A stretch of 64,000 nucleotides of DNA from positions 5,172 through 69,171 of the forward strand of contig CAZDFQ010000004.1 of the NCBI GenBank assembly GCA_964505005.1, read 5' to 3'. Positions 1-10,279 of this stretch are shown one piece after another (within the stretch, counting starts at the first letter, position 1; every line of letters begins with the position of its first letter). Under the pieces are notes generated by a model. It did not search any database, was not told the DNA's origin, and saw nothing but the letters and a program-made list of their open reading frames with translations. Position numbers and translations under genes: made by a program. This stretch comes from an uncultured Candidatus Saccharibacteria bacterium. Its GTDB lineage: Bacteria > Patescibacteriota > Minisyncoccia > UBA6257 > 2-01-FULL-56-20.

Positions 1-810
1 CTCGCTTTCAGCGAAGCAGTTGAAGCAACGAAAATCTTGAGCGCGGCCGGCCTGAATCGCGGCGGACTTCTCAGAGAAAGACCTTTCCGGTCGCCGCATC
101 AAACAGCGTCTCTGGTGGCCATTATCGGCGGCGGCCCCCAGCCAAAACCCGGAGAAATAAGCTTGGCCCATCGCGGGGTTCTTTTTCTCGACGAATTGCC
201 GGAATTTCAAAGAAACATCCTCGAGGCCCTGCGCCAACCCTTGGAGGCCGGCGAAGTTCAGGTCGCCAGAGCCAAAAACACTCTTTGCTTTCCGGCCAAA
301 TTCACGCTGGTGGCCGCGATGAATCCCTGCCCCTGCGGATTTTACGGCGATCCGGAAAAAGAATGCCGCTGCTCGGCTTACGAGGTCATCAAGTATCAGA
401 AAAAAATTTCCGGACCCCTGCTTGACCGCATCGACCTCCAGGTCAAAGTGCCGCGCCTCAAAGTGGCTGAACTCAGGCAAAATAAAAATCAGCCAGCGCT
501 TAGTCAAAAGACAAAAGAAAAGGTGGAAGCAGCGAGAAAAATCCAGGAGAATCGTTTCAAAGAGCTCTCCGCCAGCCGGCGGATAAAAACCAATGCGGAA
601 ATGAGTTCTAAAGAAACGGAAAAATTCGCCGAACTCGATTCAACAGCCGAAAAATTTCTGGTAACCTTGGACAAAACTCGTTTGTCGCCCCGCGGCTACT
701 ACCGGTTATTGAAAACCGCCCGGACTATCGCCGATTTGGACGCCCAAAAGAATATCTCTGCCGAGCATTTAGCCGAGGCCTTCAGCTATCGGCTGAAAGA
801 AGAAATCTGA
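1..810 (+). CDS. comM: YifB/ComM family Mg-chelatase-like AAA ATPase, C-terminal part (5' end truncated by window edge)
   Basis: Frame is open from base 1. Translation has 'VLFLDELPEF' and a Cys-rich zinc-binding stretch 'PCPCGFYGDPEKECRC' followed by a helical C-terminal domain, as in YifB/ComM proteins. Confidence 0.75.
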   Translation, partial: LAFSEAVEATKILSAAGLNRGGLLRERPFRSPHQTASLVAIIGGGPQPKPGEISLAHRGVLFLDELPEFQRNILEALRQPLEAGEVQVARAKNTLCFPAKFTLVAAMNPCPCGFYGDPEKECRCSAYEVIKYQKKISGPLLDRIDLQVKVPRLKVAELRQNKNQPALSQKTKEKVEAARKIQENRFKELSASRRIKTNAEMSSKETEKFAELDSTAEKFLVTLDKTRLSPRGYYRLLKTARTIADLDAQKNISAEHLAEAFSYRLKEEI

Positions 811-923
811 GAGAATTACGAATGGCCACGGATGTAGGACTGATTCACGCGAATCACTGATTTTTATTTGTGATTAGCGACTATCCGTTAAGAATCCGCG
901 GCTATCAGTTATCTCCTATCTCG

Positions 924-1676
924 CTATCGGGCGAAGGGGTTGGTCGCGCCTTCAACTTCAAAATGAACATGGCAGCCGGTGGCGTCGCCGGTCCGGCCCA
1001 TTGTTCCGATAACTTCACCCTGTTTAACATATTCGCCCAAAGAAACATTGATTTTATCGAGGTGGGCGTAGCGCGTTTTTGTTCCGTTGGGATGGCTTAA
1101 GATTACATAATAGCCGTAGCCCTCGCTCCAGGAGTCCAAAGAAATGTCGCTAACCAAGCCGCCGGCCGAAGCGACAATCGCGGTGCCGCAGGAATTAGCG
1201 ATGTCAACGGCATTGCGAGGATGTAATTTGCCCCAGTTAAAACCCTGAGTAGGCAGAATGAAGTAGGCAGCCGAATTGAAAGAAGATGAATTCCCGGTTT
1301 TAGGGAGAAGGCCAGCTGGATTACGGGGCGCGTCCGGACCAACGTTCTCTTTCAGGGCCGCGGCTTCCTGAATGATATTCGCTTCAGCCGCTCCGCTGAC
1401 CGAGGCCGAATCAGGAGCACCGCTTATCGGTTTGCTTAAAAATACCGCCTGGGATTCTAAAAGATTAGCTGAAGCCGCCAGAGCTAAGCTATCAGAAGAA
1501 GGCCCGCCTAAAATGCCTTTTTCGGTCTGGCTTTTCGCGGAAATAACGGCTGAGCCGGCAAAAATCAGGCCCATAACTAAAAAAACAGCCATCATCAATG
1601 GCTTACTAAACTTATCCGATTGTTTTAGAATTGTACTAATGCTTGGGAGCATAGCATACTGAGACGGGTCTGCCAA
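924..1676 (-). CDS. M23 family metallopeptidase (peptidoglycan DD-endopeptidase-like) with N-terminal membrane anchor
   Basis: C-terminus 'GYGYYVILSHPNGTKTRYAHL...GTMGRTGDATGCHVHFEV' matches the M23/LytM HxH zinc motif; N-terminal hydrophobic segment. Confidence 0.75.
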   Translation of the reverse strand: MADPSQYAMLPSISTILKQSDKFSKPLMMAVFLVMGLIFAGSAVISAKSQTEKGILGGPSSDSLALAASANLLESQAVFLSKPISGAPDSASVSGAAEANIIQEAAALKENVGPDAPRNPAGLLPKTGNSSSFNSAAYFILPTQGFNWGKLHPRNAVDIANSCGTAIVASAGGLVSDISLDSWSEGYGYYVILSHPNGTKTRYAHLDKINVSLGEYVKQGEVIGTMGRTGDATGCHVHFEVEGATNPFAR

Positions 1677-1719
1677 TAACGGTCAAATTCTCAATTTCCA
1701 ATGTTTAATTTCCAATTAA

Positions 1720-3639
1720 ATGATTGTTAACCTTAATCCCCAACAAAAATTGGCTGTTCAGGCAGCGGATAAACCGCTTTTAATCGTGGCCGGCGCCGGA
1801 ACCGGCAAAACCAGAACCCTGACCAGCCGGCTGCTCTACCTTATAAATAAGGGAGTGCCGCCTCAAAATATCGTGGCCATAACCTTTACCAATAAAGCGG
1901 CCAGGGAAATGGCCGAGAGAATACATAATGCGAAAACTGCGAATACTTTAGGCGAATACCGCGAAAATTTTTCGCATCATTCGCATCCGCTTTCGCATCG
2001 TTCGCATTATGCTTCCCCGTTCATTGGCACTTTCCATTCTTTGGGGGCAAAAATTCTTAGGGCTGAAGCTCGGCGGCTCGGCCGAACGCCTGATTTTGTA
2101 ATATTTGATGACAATGATTCTCTCCGGTTAGTGAAGAAAATAGTCAAGTTGACGGAGGAACAACTAACAGGAGTTGAAGAACAAGGACCGGCACCTTTGG
2201 CGGAAAAAATTTCCAAAATCAAAAACGGCATTGTCGCCCCTAATTCTTTTAAAAATTCTGGCCCGACTTTAAGAGTTTTAAAACGTTATGAAGAAGAACT
2301 TCAACGACAAAATGCTTTTGATTTTGACGACTTGATTGAAAAAGTTGTCGAAATTTTCCAAAAACATCCCGAAGTTCTCAAAAAATACCAAAAGCGCTTT
2401 CATTGTTTTCTGGTCGATGAATATCAGGATTTGAACAACAAACAATATGAACTCGTAAAACTGCTGGTTGGCGATTCGTCTCGTTTGTCGGTGGTCGGCG
2501 ATGACCAGCAGATGATCTACAGTTTCCGAGGTTCGAATTTCAAAATTTTCCTCGATTTTGAAAACGACTGGCCAGAAGCCAATGTTATTTTCCTCGAAGA
2601 AAATTACCGTTCGACCAGCAACATCATCAAAACCGCTTCAACTCTGGTTCAAAATAATGTTTACCAAAAACCCAAGATTCTTTGGACGAAAAACGAAACG
2701 GGCCAGCTGGTGAAAATCATCGAAACAGACGATGAAGGCGCGGAGGCGGAGTGGCTCGCCGGACAAGTTGATAAGTTTATAAGTCACGCTAACGCTCAAG
2801 TTGGTAAGTTGGATAATCAAAACTTAAAAACTCACAAACTTAGAGGCCCAGAGACTATCGCGGTGCTCTACCGGACCAATGCCCAGTCGCGGGCCTTAGA
2901 ACAGGCACTGCTCGAAAGAAACCTTCCTTATCAAATTTTTGGCGGGGTCCGATTCTATGAAAGAAAAGAAATAAAAGACATTGTAGCCAGCCTTCGCTGG
3001 GCGCAGAATCCGCAAGACGAGCTCAGTCGCGAACGCTTGGAAAAGAATTTGTCGAAAAGAAAATTTTTAGAATTTCAGAAATCGTTTACTGCTCGGCAGC
3101 GCCTCCGCCCCTCAGAACTAATTCATTTATTTCTAGAAACCACTGGTTATCTCGAGCTTCTGGAAAGAGATTTTTTCAATTTTGAAGAACGCCGAGAAAA
3201 CATTGGCGAGCTGATGAATTTTGCGGCCGGCTTTGAAGAATTGCCTTTATTCCTCGAACAAATTGCTCTTCTTCAGCCGACGGACGATTTAGCGGCAAAT
3301 GGCAAAGCGCGAAGCGCAAAGCGAAATAGACTATTTGCGCCAAGCGATTCGCGACTTGCCGTCAACCTAATGACTATCCATTTAGCCAAAGGACTGGAGT
3401 TTGATACGGTTTTTGTGGCTGGCTGCAACGAAGGAGTCTTGCCCCACGGCCGTTCGCTTAATAGCCAAGCAGAAATTGAAGAAGAGCGGCGGTTGATGTA
3501 TGTGGCGATGACCAGAGCCAAGAAAAAACTTTTTTTAAGTTTTTATGACTGGCCATCAAGATTTTTAGGCGAGCTACCTCAAGAAACCATCGAGTTCGAA
3601 AGTTTATTGGGCGAAGAGCGATACATAGCTCTGGATTAA
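1720..3639 (+). CDS. uvrD: UvrD/PcrA/Rep family ATP-dependent DNA helicase
   Basis: 'AGAGTGKTRTLTSRLLYLI' Walker A, 'TFTNKAAREM', 'TFHS', 'VDEYQD', 'TIHLAKGLEFDTVFV' and 'YVAMTRAKKKLFL' helicase motifs. Contains an in-frame repeat-derived insertion around 1928-2012. Confidence 0.85.
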   Translation: MIVNLNPQQKLAVQAADKPLLIVAGAGTGKTRTLTSRLLYLINKGVPPQNIVAITFTNKAAREMAERIHNAKTANTLGEYRENFSHHSHPLSHRSHYASPFIGTFHSLGAKILRAEARRLGRTPDFVIFDDNDSLRLVKKIVKLTEEQLTGVEEQGPAPLAEKISKIKNGIVAPNSFKNSGPTLRVLKRYEEELQRQNAFDFDDLIEKVVEIFQKHPEVLKKYQKRFHCFLVDEYQDLNNKQYELVKLLVGDSSRLSVVGDDQQMIYSFRGSNFKIFLDFENDWPEANVIFLEENYRSTSNIIKTASTLVQNNVYQKPKILWTKNETGQLVKIIETDDEGAEAEWLAGQVDKFISHANAQVGKLDNQNLKTHKLRGPETIAVLYRTNAQSRALEQALLERNLPYQIFGGVRFYERKEIKDIVASLRWAQNPQDELSRERLEKNLSKRKFLEFQKSFTARQRLRPSELIHLFLETTGYLELLERDFFNFEERRENIGELMNFAAGFEELPLFLEQIALLQPTDDLAANGKARSAKRNRLFAPSDSRLAVNLMTIHLAKGLEFDTVFVAGCNEGVLPHGRSLNSQAEIEEERRLMYVAMTRAKKKLFLSFYDWPSRFLGELPQETIEFESLLGEERYIALD

Positions 3640-3763
3640 ATCCTAAATTCTAAATCCTAATTTCTAAACAATCTCAAATGACCAAAATCCAAAATTAAAA
3701 AGTTTTAAAAATTTGAAATTAGAATTTTGAAATTATTTAGGATTTAGAGATTAGAGATTTATC
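3640..3763. repeat. Palindromic MITE-like intergenic element, family A ('ctaaatcctaat / tctaaacaatctcaaat' arms)
   Basis: Left arm 'aatcctaaattctaaatcctaatttctaaacaatctcaaatg' and a near-reverse-complement right arm 'atttgaaattagaattttgaaattatttaggatttagagattagagattta'. Sits just upstream of the rsmA start. Confidence 0.6.
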
Positions 3764-3769
3764 AAAACT

Positions 3770-4594
3770 ATGCCCAGGCGGCTCGGCCAACATTTTCTTC
3801 GCAACAAAGCAGTGCTCGAAAAAATTGTTGGGTTGCTCGAACTTAAACCAAAAGATATTCTGATTGAAATCGGCGCCGGACACGGAGAACTGACCGAGCT
3901 TTTAGTTAATCAGCTTTTAGTTTTTAGTAAAATTATTGCCGTAGAAAAAGACGAGGAGCTGGCCGGATTTTTGAAGGAAAAATTTTCTAGGGATAAAAGA
4001 ATTGAAATAATCGAAGGCGACATCCTGAAAATCCTCCCGGGGTTAACTAAAGGCTATAAGCCCCGCCTGCGCCGAGGCTTCGGCGGGCAGGTAAAAGCTA
4101 AAAGATTCAAGGTTGTCGGCAACATTCCTTACTATCTTACTGGACAACTTCTGCGACTCATCGGCGAACTCCCGAACAAACCGGAGCGAATCATTTTTAT
4201 GCTCCAAAAAGAAGTGGCCGAGCGGCTGGTAGCCGAACCGCCGCAAATGAACCGCTTAGCCGCGAGCGTCCAATTCTGGGCAGCGTCCAAAATTATCAGC
4301 TATGTTTCCAAAAATGAATTTAGGCCGCGCCCCAGGGTTGATTCAGCCATAGTTTCCTTCACGCGGCTTAACTTGGACTATAGGCGGATAGATGCGGATA
4401 AATACTATAAAACCGTTCGAATTCTTTTTCAGCAGCCGCGGAAAACCATTTTGAACAATCTTGCCGCCGCTTTTCCAAAAACAACCAAGCGATTAATTCT
4501 TCAAAAACTTTCTGACATCGGAATCAATGCTAATGACCGACCGCAGAACCTATCGATTGGAGACATAATAAAAATCGCTCATATTTGGGGATAA
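3770..4594 (+). CDS. rsmA: 16S rRNA (adenine1518/1519-N6)-dimethyltransferase RsmA/KsgA
   Basis: N-terminus 'RLGQHFLRNKAVLEKIV...IEIGAGHGELTE' is the KsgA signature; about 274 aa. Confidence 0.85.
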   Translation: MPRRLGQHFLRNKAVLEKIVGLLELKPKDILIEIGAGHGELTELLVNQLLVFSKIIAVEKDEELAGFLKEKFSRDKRIEIIEGDILKILPGLTKGYKPRLRRGFGGQVKAKRFKVVGNIPYYLTGQLLRLIGELPNKPERIIFMLQKEVAERLVAEPPQMNRLAASVQFWAASKIISYVSKNEFRPRPRVDSAIVSFTRLNLDYRRIDADKYYKTVRILFQQPRKTILNNLAAAFPKTTKRLILQKLSDIGINANDRPQNLSIGDIIKIAHIWG

Positions 4595-4635
4595 AAGGTT
4601 TTATATTTAAACGCCGATAACATATAATTTAGCTG

Positions 4636-6930
4636 ATGGGGCCCGCTGACATCAAAAAAATAATTACGGGATTTTTGGTGCTTTCGATTGTAACCGGCGT
4701 TTTAACGCTGGCGGTTTTCAACTTCACCGGTTCCCAGCCGGCAGCTTCTCCTAATTTGATAAGTGCGGTTGGCGAAAATTCCCTTTCCGTAGCCAGCAGC
4801 GCGCTTGTCGAGTCGTTGCCGGAAACTAATGTTCAAGCAGGGATGCAAACAAAGAATCCTGCTGCGGTTTCAACAGCTGGTTTGGCAGCGGACAATTCCA
4901 ATCTGACCCAGAATTTCGCCAGGGTTTTCACCCAAGAAGTGCTCGACAATAATCCTGGCGGCCCGCAAACCGACCTCAATGGCCAGCAAACTCTAAATCT
5001 GCCAACCGAAAACTATGCGCAGGAACTAATCCAAAAAGCCCTGGCCACCACGACCATTGAAATTGACGAAGAAATTCCGGCTTCGGCGATAAAGATAAAA
5101 AGTTTTTACGCGCCAGATGACCTCGCCAATTATTTTGAATCCGTTAATAAAATTCTTGCCGATGTCAGTTCAAGTACCGCTTCGCTCAATATCGCCAATC
5201 AGAGTTCCACGCCCGAAATCCTAACGCTCAGCCAGCTGATTTTTGAAAGCGCTTTTCAGAAGCTGAAAGATATTTCCGTACCTCAGCCATTGGCCGAGAT
5301 GCACAAAACGATTCTGAAATTCTTCGGCAATCAGAACAAGGTTCTTGAAATTGCGTCCGGTTATCAAAGCGACCCGTTAAAAGCGGTTCTGGTTTTGCAA
5401 TCAAACAGCCAGCTCGTCGAACGAGACCTGGGGAATTTTCAAAATGAATTTCAAAAAATCAAGCCGGTTTTAGCTTCGGAAAATTACTTAAAAAATAGCC
5501 GCGATGATTTATCGATTCTGCAGAAACTTTTAGGAGTTGAAGTTGCCTATGCTATTCCAGTTACCGAAGTAGGAGCGGCGCTGGCAGCGGCCATTGCGCA
5601 GGTTGCCGACTGGGTTACCTCTCTCGCCAAGGACGCGGCCCAATGGGCCTATGATACGGCGCTCCGCATCGCGGTCAAGCTGCTTATCGACACCTTTCAA
5701 AACCAGGTGGTCAACTGGATTGCCGGCAACGGCGATCCCAAATTCATCACCAACTGGAGCGGGTTTTTGAGCGATGTGGCTAATAAGGCCATTGGCCAAA
5801 GCATTTATCAGGTTGCGCCGTTTCTCTGTTCGGGCATCGGCCCGCTTTTGAGGATAGCGGTCACTCCGGTGCCGGCCATTGATACCTCGGTGCGCTGCAC
5901 ATTGAATCAGGTGGTGAAAAATGTCACTGATTTTTACAACAGCTTCCAGAACGGCGGCTGGGTGGCTTATGGCGCCACGCTCCAACCAGGAAATAATTTT
6001 TTCGGCAACTTAATCCAGCTTAATGACGTCATTACCAGAAAAGCTGCCGAGGCGGTTGGCACGGCCCAGAGCAAAGCCATAGCTGGCCAAGGCTTTAAGG
6101 GCATTACCAAATGCGTCAAATCGCACGAGGAAAGAGGCCAGCCCATTGCCTGGGATGAAACCGGAAGGCCCACTGATTACGGACCGTCGGTAACTGTCTG
6201 CGACCAAGAAATTGAGACCACGCCGGGCGGCGCCGTGGCCAACGCGCTTTTTGGTTCTATGAACTGGCAAGTGGGTGAAATCGTCAACGCTCGAAGATTT
6301 GAAGAATTAGCGGGTGCCATTATCCAGGCCGGCATCAACCGGATGATAAAGGAAGGGCTTAATGCTTTGACCGAAGCGAGGAACCCAAAGCCGGTAAGTT
6401 TCGCTGGGGCCATCCCAGCTGGCGTTCCCAACCCGGGCGATATTTCTTCGGTTAAAGCCAGCATGCAGAGTTTGGTCAGCTCGTATCAGGAAAACGGCAC
6501 TTTCCAAAAATTCCAAGATGTGGCTGACGCGGATAGTCAGTGGTTGGCTTTAATGCCGCAGGTCGTCAATACCCTGAATCAGGTGGCTTCCAGCTGCTCA
6601 TCTTTAGCTTCCAGCGCCAAGCAAAAAATCAGCGACCTTAACTCGCTGAACAGCAATGTGACAACCGAATTCCAAAGCGCCTCGGCCAACACTTACAGTT
6701 CGCTCAAACTGCAGATTGACAATGCCACCAGCACGGAGGCGCTTAACAATATGCTCAACCGGCTCCAGGGCTTGGCTTCGGTAGGCGTGGACGTCCAGGC
6801 GGCCCAGGCCCGGCTGACCAAGCTGAAAAATCTTTCCGCCAATGCCCGGGCCAACCTGCCGGACAACTGCAACGTCCCGCTAATTGATAGCTCGATATAT
6901 TATCAGCCAACCGGCTACGAAAGCCGTTAA
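4636..6930 (+). CDS. Large secreted/membrane-anchored protein of the T4SS-like locus, unknown function
   Basis: N-terminal TM anchor, Q/N/S/A-rich. Shares a Cys-loop motif 'KCVKSHEERGQP...VTVCDQEIETT' with the next gene ('KCVKSRQEYKPG...VTICEQEENEN'). Confidence 0.55.
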   Translation: MGPADIKKIITGFLVLSIVTGVLTLAVFNFTGSQPAASPNLISAVGENSLSVASSALVESLPETNVQAGMQTKNPAAVSTAGLAADNSNLTQNFARVFTQEVLDNNPGGPQTDLNGQQTLNLPTENYAQELIQKALATTTIEIDEEIPASAIKIKSFYAPDDLANYFESVNKILADVSSSTASLNIANQSSTPEILTLSQLIFESAFQKLKDISVPQPLAEMHKTILKFFGNQNKVLEIASGYQSDPLKAVLVLQSNSQLVERDLGNFQNEFQKIKPVLASENYLKNSRDDLSILQKLLGVEVAYAIPVTEVGAALAAAIAQVADWVTSLAKDAAQWAYDTALRIAVKLLIDTFQNQVVNWIAGNGDPKFITNWSGFLSDVANKAIGQSIYQVAPFLCSGIGPLLRIAVTPVPAIDTSVRCTLNQVVKNVTDFYNSFQNGGWVAYGATLQPGNNFFGNLIQLNDVITRKAAEAVGTAQSKAIAGQGFKGITKCVKSHEERGQPIAWDETGRPTDYGPSVTVCDQEIETTPGGAVANALFGSMNWQVGEIVNARRFEELAGAIIQAGINRMIKEGLNALTEARNPKPVSFAGAIPAGVPNPGDISSVKASMQSLVSSYQENGTFQKFQDVADADSQWLALMPQVVNTLNQVASSCSSLASSAKQKISDLNSLNSNVTTEFQSASANTYSSLKLQIDNATSTEALNNMLNRLQGLASVGVDVQAAQARLTKLKNLSANARANLPDNCNVPLIDSSIYYQPTGYESR

Positions 6931-6975
6931 GTCAAATAGCAAAAAGCAAATAGCAAATAACAGAAATAAAGACAA

Positions 6976-9117
6976 ATGAAAAGTCCTCGAGCGACGAAGA
7001 AATTAAATCTATTTAAGACCGGCGGCTTGATTACTGTTTTGATAATTCTGCTTTTGCTGACGCCCAGGGTTCTTGCCGTAACAGGAGTAGAGGACTACAC
7101 TGCCCCTTCGTTGGGAGGCCTGCTTGGTTTCATCGGGGATGTTACTGGCACTGTTGTCGGCTGGGTGGTTTATGTCTTCAACTATATAGTCGCCACGATT
7201 TTCGGCGTTTTCATCGCCATTATCACCTATTTTATAGAAGTAGTTCTTCAATATAATTACAACATTGTAAATTCCCGCCTTGTCACCATCGGCTTTGGAA
7301 TAACTTTAGCCATTGCCAATCTCGGCTTTGTTTTGGCCATCATCATCATCGCCATTGCCACCATTCTTCGCCGTCAAACCTACGGCATTAAAGAAGTGCT
7401 CTGGAAGCTGGTGGCCGCGGCCGTGTTGGTGAATTTCAGTTTGGCGATTGCCGGCACAATTTTGACTTTCTCCAATACTCTGACTTCCTACTTCCTGAAT
7501 AGTTTTAATCCGGCTGGCACTGGAAGTTCTTTCGGGGCTTTTGCCAATGCCATTGCCGGCGCTTTTGCCCCGCAAAAAGTATTCCTGGCCATGGACCAAG
7601 GCGCCACTGTTAAAAAATGCGTCAAATCACGCCAAGAATATAAACCTGGCATGAGTCAGCCGGTAACCATCTGTGAGCAGGAGGAAAACGAAAACGCCGG
7701 TAATCTTATTGACCCCAATAAAATAAAGAACGCGGCTGGCGCCACCAAAACTTTCGGGGGCATTCTAGTCCCCCTGCTTAATCTTTTTTTCCCAACAATT
7801 TTTCTCATTATCGCGGTCATCGCGATGGCCGCTCTCTGGATTATGCTGCTGATTCGCTATGTATTTTTAGGCATACTTTTGATTTTAATGCCTTTGGCCT
7901 GGTTGTTGTGGATTTTCCCCTTAACCAAGGGTCAGTGGCAGAAATGGTGGGATGAGTTCATTAGGTGGACTTTTTTTGCTCCGGTGGTCGTGTTCTTTAT
8001 CTATCTCGCGATTTTGACAGCCGGCGGAATGGCTGGCCAAGGAGTGGTTATTGACGAACAAGGAGCAGCTGCTCAAATCTCTAAAGTAATTGGCACCACC
8101 AGAGGGCTTTCGCCGTCAATAGAAACAATGCTCCAGATGGCAATGCTGACCGCAATGTTGGTGGCCGGCCTGATTATAGCTAACAAAATGGGCATTATGT
8201 TCGCTGGCGCAGCCGTAGGCGCGGCCACCGCGGTCGGCATGGGGTTCGGCGCATGGGTTGGCCGACGGGGCAAACAGCTCGGCGGCGCAACCCTTGATAC
8301 ATTGAGGGCGCGCAAGGCGGCTGAAAGACTTCAGCGGGTAGGAGCTGGAAGAGGCGCTGTTGGGAAGCTACTTACTTTGCCGGTGCGCTATGCCGGCCGG
8401 GGTATAGAAGCTATCGCGGTAGCCACCAGAGAAAGCCTTGTAAAAGACGCGATGAAGCGCTTGGCGGGTAAAACCACTGGCGAGCTCTCTCACAATATGT
8501 CCACATTTACAGCTCCCGAAAGAATGGCGGCTCTCGAGATGCTCCGACAGAGCGGTGATGTATTCGACGCCAGCAAAACGGGCGGAGTTAAAGAGGTATT
8601 CTCTCGGTATGTAGACCAAAATCTTTATAAGCGGTACGGCCAGCAGAACTACTATGACAACCTCACGAAAGGTAAGGGCGCTATGGCAAATCCTGAGGCA
8701 ATCCAAGCCGCTATTATTGGAGACCTGAAAAAACTTGACGACGCATTAAAGGGAATCATTCCCTCTATAACAAAAAGTCATATTGGCGACAACAAAAACC
8801 TTAATGATATTTTCGCCGGTAAAACCGACGAGGAAAAACTTTTGAATAAGTACCAGATTCGCAACCTCCTTACCAGCAATTTTGCTTTGATATCCTCGAT
8901 AATCCCGAAGCTAAACTCGAGCAGTAGAAACAATTTCCAAAAACTAACTTATGAAGCATTGGAAGAGCTTCTAAACGAAAAGAGAATAGAGGGAAAAGAT
9001 TACGACGACCTTAAAAAGGAGTTTGGAGGAATAATGCTGAATAATACCAGGGGCTTAATTGTCGAAGCCGGCGTTCCGCCAACTGCTCCAACGGCGACAC
9101 CAACCGCCGGAACATAA
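6976..9117 (+). CDS. Polytopic membrane protein, VirB6/TrbL-like (T4SS-like inner-membrane component)
   Basis: Signal peptide followed by at least 8 hydrophobic helices and a large soluble C-terminal domain. Sits in a same-strand cluster with VirB3/VirB4/VirB2-like genes. Confidence 0.5.
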   Translation: MKSPRATKKLNLFKTGGLITVLIILLLLTPRVLAVTGVEDYTAPSLGGLLGFIGDVTGTVVGWVVYVFNYIVATIFGVFIAIITYFIEVVLQYNYNIVNSRLVTIGFGITLAIANLGFVLAIIIIAIATILRRQTYGIKEVLWKLVAAAVLVNFSLAIAGTILTFSNTLTSYFLNSFNPAGTGSSFGAFANAIAGAFAPQKVFLAMDQGATVKKCVKSRQEYKPGMSQPVTICEQEENENAGNLIDPNKIKNAAGATKTFGGILVPLLNLFFPTIFLIIAVIAMAALWIMLLIRYVFLGILLILMPLAWLLWIFPLTKGQWQKWWDEFIRWTFFAPVVVFFIYLAILTAGGMAGQGVVIDEQGAAAQISKVIGTTRGLSPSIETMLQMAMLTAMLVAGLIIANKMGIMFAGAAVGAATAVGMGFGAWVGRRGKQLGGATLDTLRARKAAERLQRVGAGRGAVGKLLTLPVRYAGRGIEAIAVATRESLVKDAMKRLAGKTTGELSHNMSTFTAPERMAALEMLRQSGDVFDASKTGGVKEVFSRYVDQNLYKRYGQQNYYDNLTKGKGAMANPEAIQAAIIGDLKKLDDALKGIIPSITKSHIGDNKNLNDIFAGKTDEEKLLNKYQIRNLLTSNFALISSIIPKLNSSSRNNFQKLTYEALEELLNEKRIEGKDYDDLKKEFGGIMLNNTRGLIVEAGVPPTAPTATPTAGT

Positions 9118-9127
9118 CAGCAATAGA

Positions 9128-10279
9128 ATGGCAATAGTAATTACCCAACAACAATTTGATTCGCGCTGGGACACCCTTGCCGAGGTTTTGCGCGAGGCGC
9201 TGGTTTCCAAAGCAAACTCCGACATTATCAGAAAAACTGCGGAGGCCGAGCATCTGCCGGAAGAAAAGGCGTCGATTATTTCAGGGCTGACCGGTTCGGT
9301 GCTTATGGGCTTTCTCCATCCTGAGGATTTAGCCGAAGAAATACAAGATTATCTGAAAATCAACGCCAATATTGCTTCAGCTATCGCCAATGCCATAAAC
9401 ACCCGAATTTTTTCTCCGCTTAGAAATGAGCTGGAAAAAGTTTATGCGCCGGCCTCAGGGGTTGAGCCAATAATCGTTGAGGAAATTAAAAGACCCTTCG
9501 ATATAACTCAGGGCAAGCCGGCAGCGCCTGCTCCAGCCGGAGCGCCTGTTTCGCCAGTATCAATAAAAATAACGCCGGCGCCAGAACCAAAACGAAATGA
9601 GGGAGCCATTCCTGTTCCACCTGCAGTGAGCTTGTCGAATCTGCCGCCCAAAATAATTTCTTCATCAGAAGAAATAGTTGCGCCTTCGACTTCCGCCCCT
9701 AAAATAGAAATTTCCAAGCCAACCGAACCAGCGCCGACAGGTATTCCCCAGCCGCCGGCGAAGAGCGTGGTCGAACCGCCGCCTCTAAAACCAATAGAAG
9801 AAAAAATACCGGTCCCGCCCAGGCCGCCAGCGCCGCCTGCGGTGAGCCAGGCCGAACCGTTTATTCTTCACGAAGAAACAAAATTCGAGCCGGTGAAACC
9901 AATCGCTGGATTCAAGCTGGAAATTCCCCGACCAGAATCAAAAGAAACAAAAATCGGGATGCCGCCCCGGCCAGCCCAGATAGAAATCGGCGGCCTCGAG
10001 ACAAAACCGCCAGCGCCGCCAGCAAGCCTGAAGCCGGATGCTACGCCTCGTTTGGTCCACTATACCGAATACCGGACGCCGCTCGGCCAGCCGCCAACGC
10101 CGGCCAGCGCTCCGGCTGTTGCGCCAGCGGCCAAGGTCGTCGAAATCAAAATGCCGCCGGCGCCGCCAAAACCGCCGGCAGCGAAGTCCTTGGTTGAATC
10201 CGGCCGAACGTCCGGGGCTAAACCGCTTCTGGAAACATTGAAAGAACCGGGGCTGCCGGCCCCGGAAAAACGTGAATAA
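9128..10279 (+). CDS. Hypothetical protein with proline-rich disordered C-terminal half
   Basis: The ORF track start 9059 overlaps the upstream gene. The ATG at 9128 ('MAIVITQQQFDSRW') is the first start after the upstream stop. Long PAPxPP low-complexity tail. Confidence 0.5.
   Translation: MAIVITQQQFDSRWDTLAEVLREALVSKANSDIIRKTAEAEHLPEEKASIISGLTGSVLMGFLHPEDLAEEIQDYLKINANIASAIANAINTRIFSPLRNELEKVYAPASGVEPIIVEEIKRPFDITQGKPAAPAPAGAPVSPVSIKITPAPEPKRNEGAIPVPPAVSLSNLPPKIISSSEEIVAPSTSAPKIEISKPTEPAPTGIPQPPAKSVVEPPPLKPIEEKIPVPPRPPAPPAVSQAEPFILHEETKFEPVKPIAGFKLEIPRPESKETKIGMPPRPAQIEIGGLETKPPAPPASLKPDATPRLVHYTEYRTPLGQPPTPASAPAVAPAAKVVEIKMPPAPPKPPAAKSLVESGRTSGAKPLLETLKEPGLPAPEKRE

Noticed and set aside
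5530-6516. Antisense ORFs of 68-151 aa inside the 764-aa secreted-protein gene, and similar antisense ORFs inside pyrG, uvrB, the aaRS genes and the clp-like gene
   Set aside because: They have no independent signals and are fully embedded antisense to well-supported genes; they are typical frame artefacts.
9059-9127. ORF-track start at 9059 for the Pro-rich protein
   Set aside because: It overlaps the last 59 nt of the upstream gene in another frame. The ATG at 9128 follows the upstream stop and gives a sensible N-terminus.
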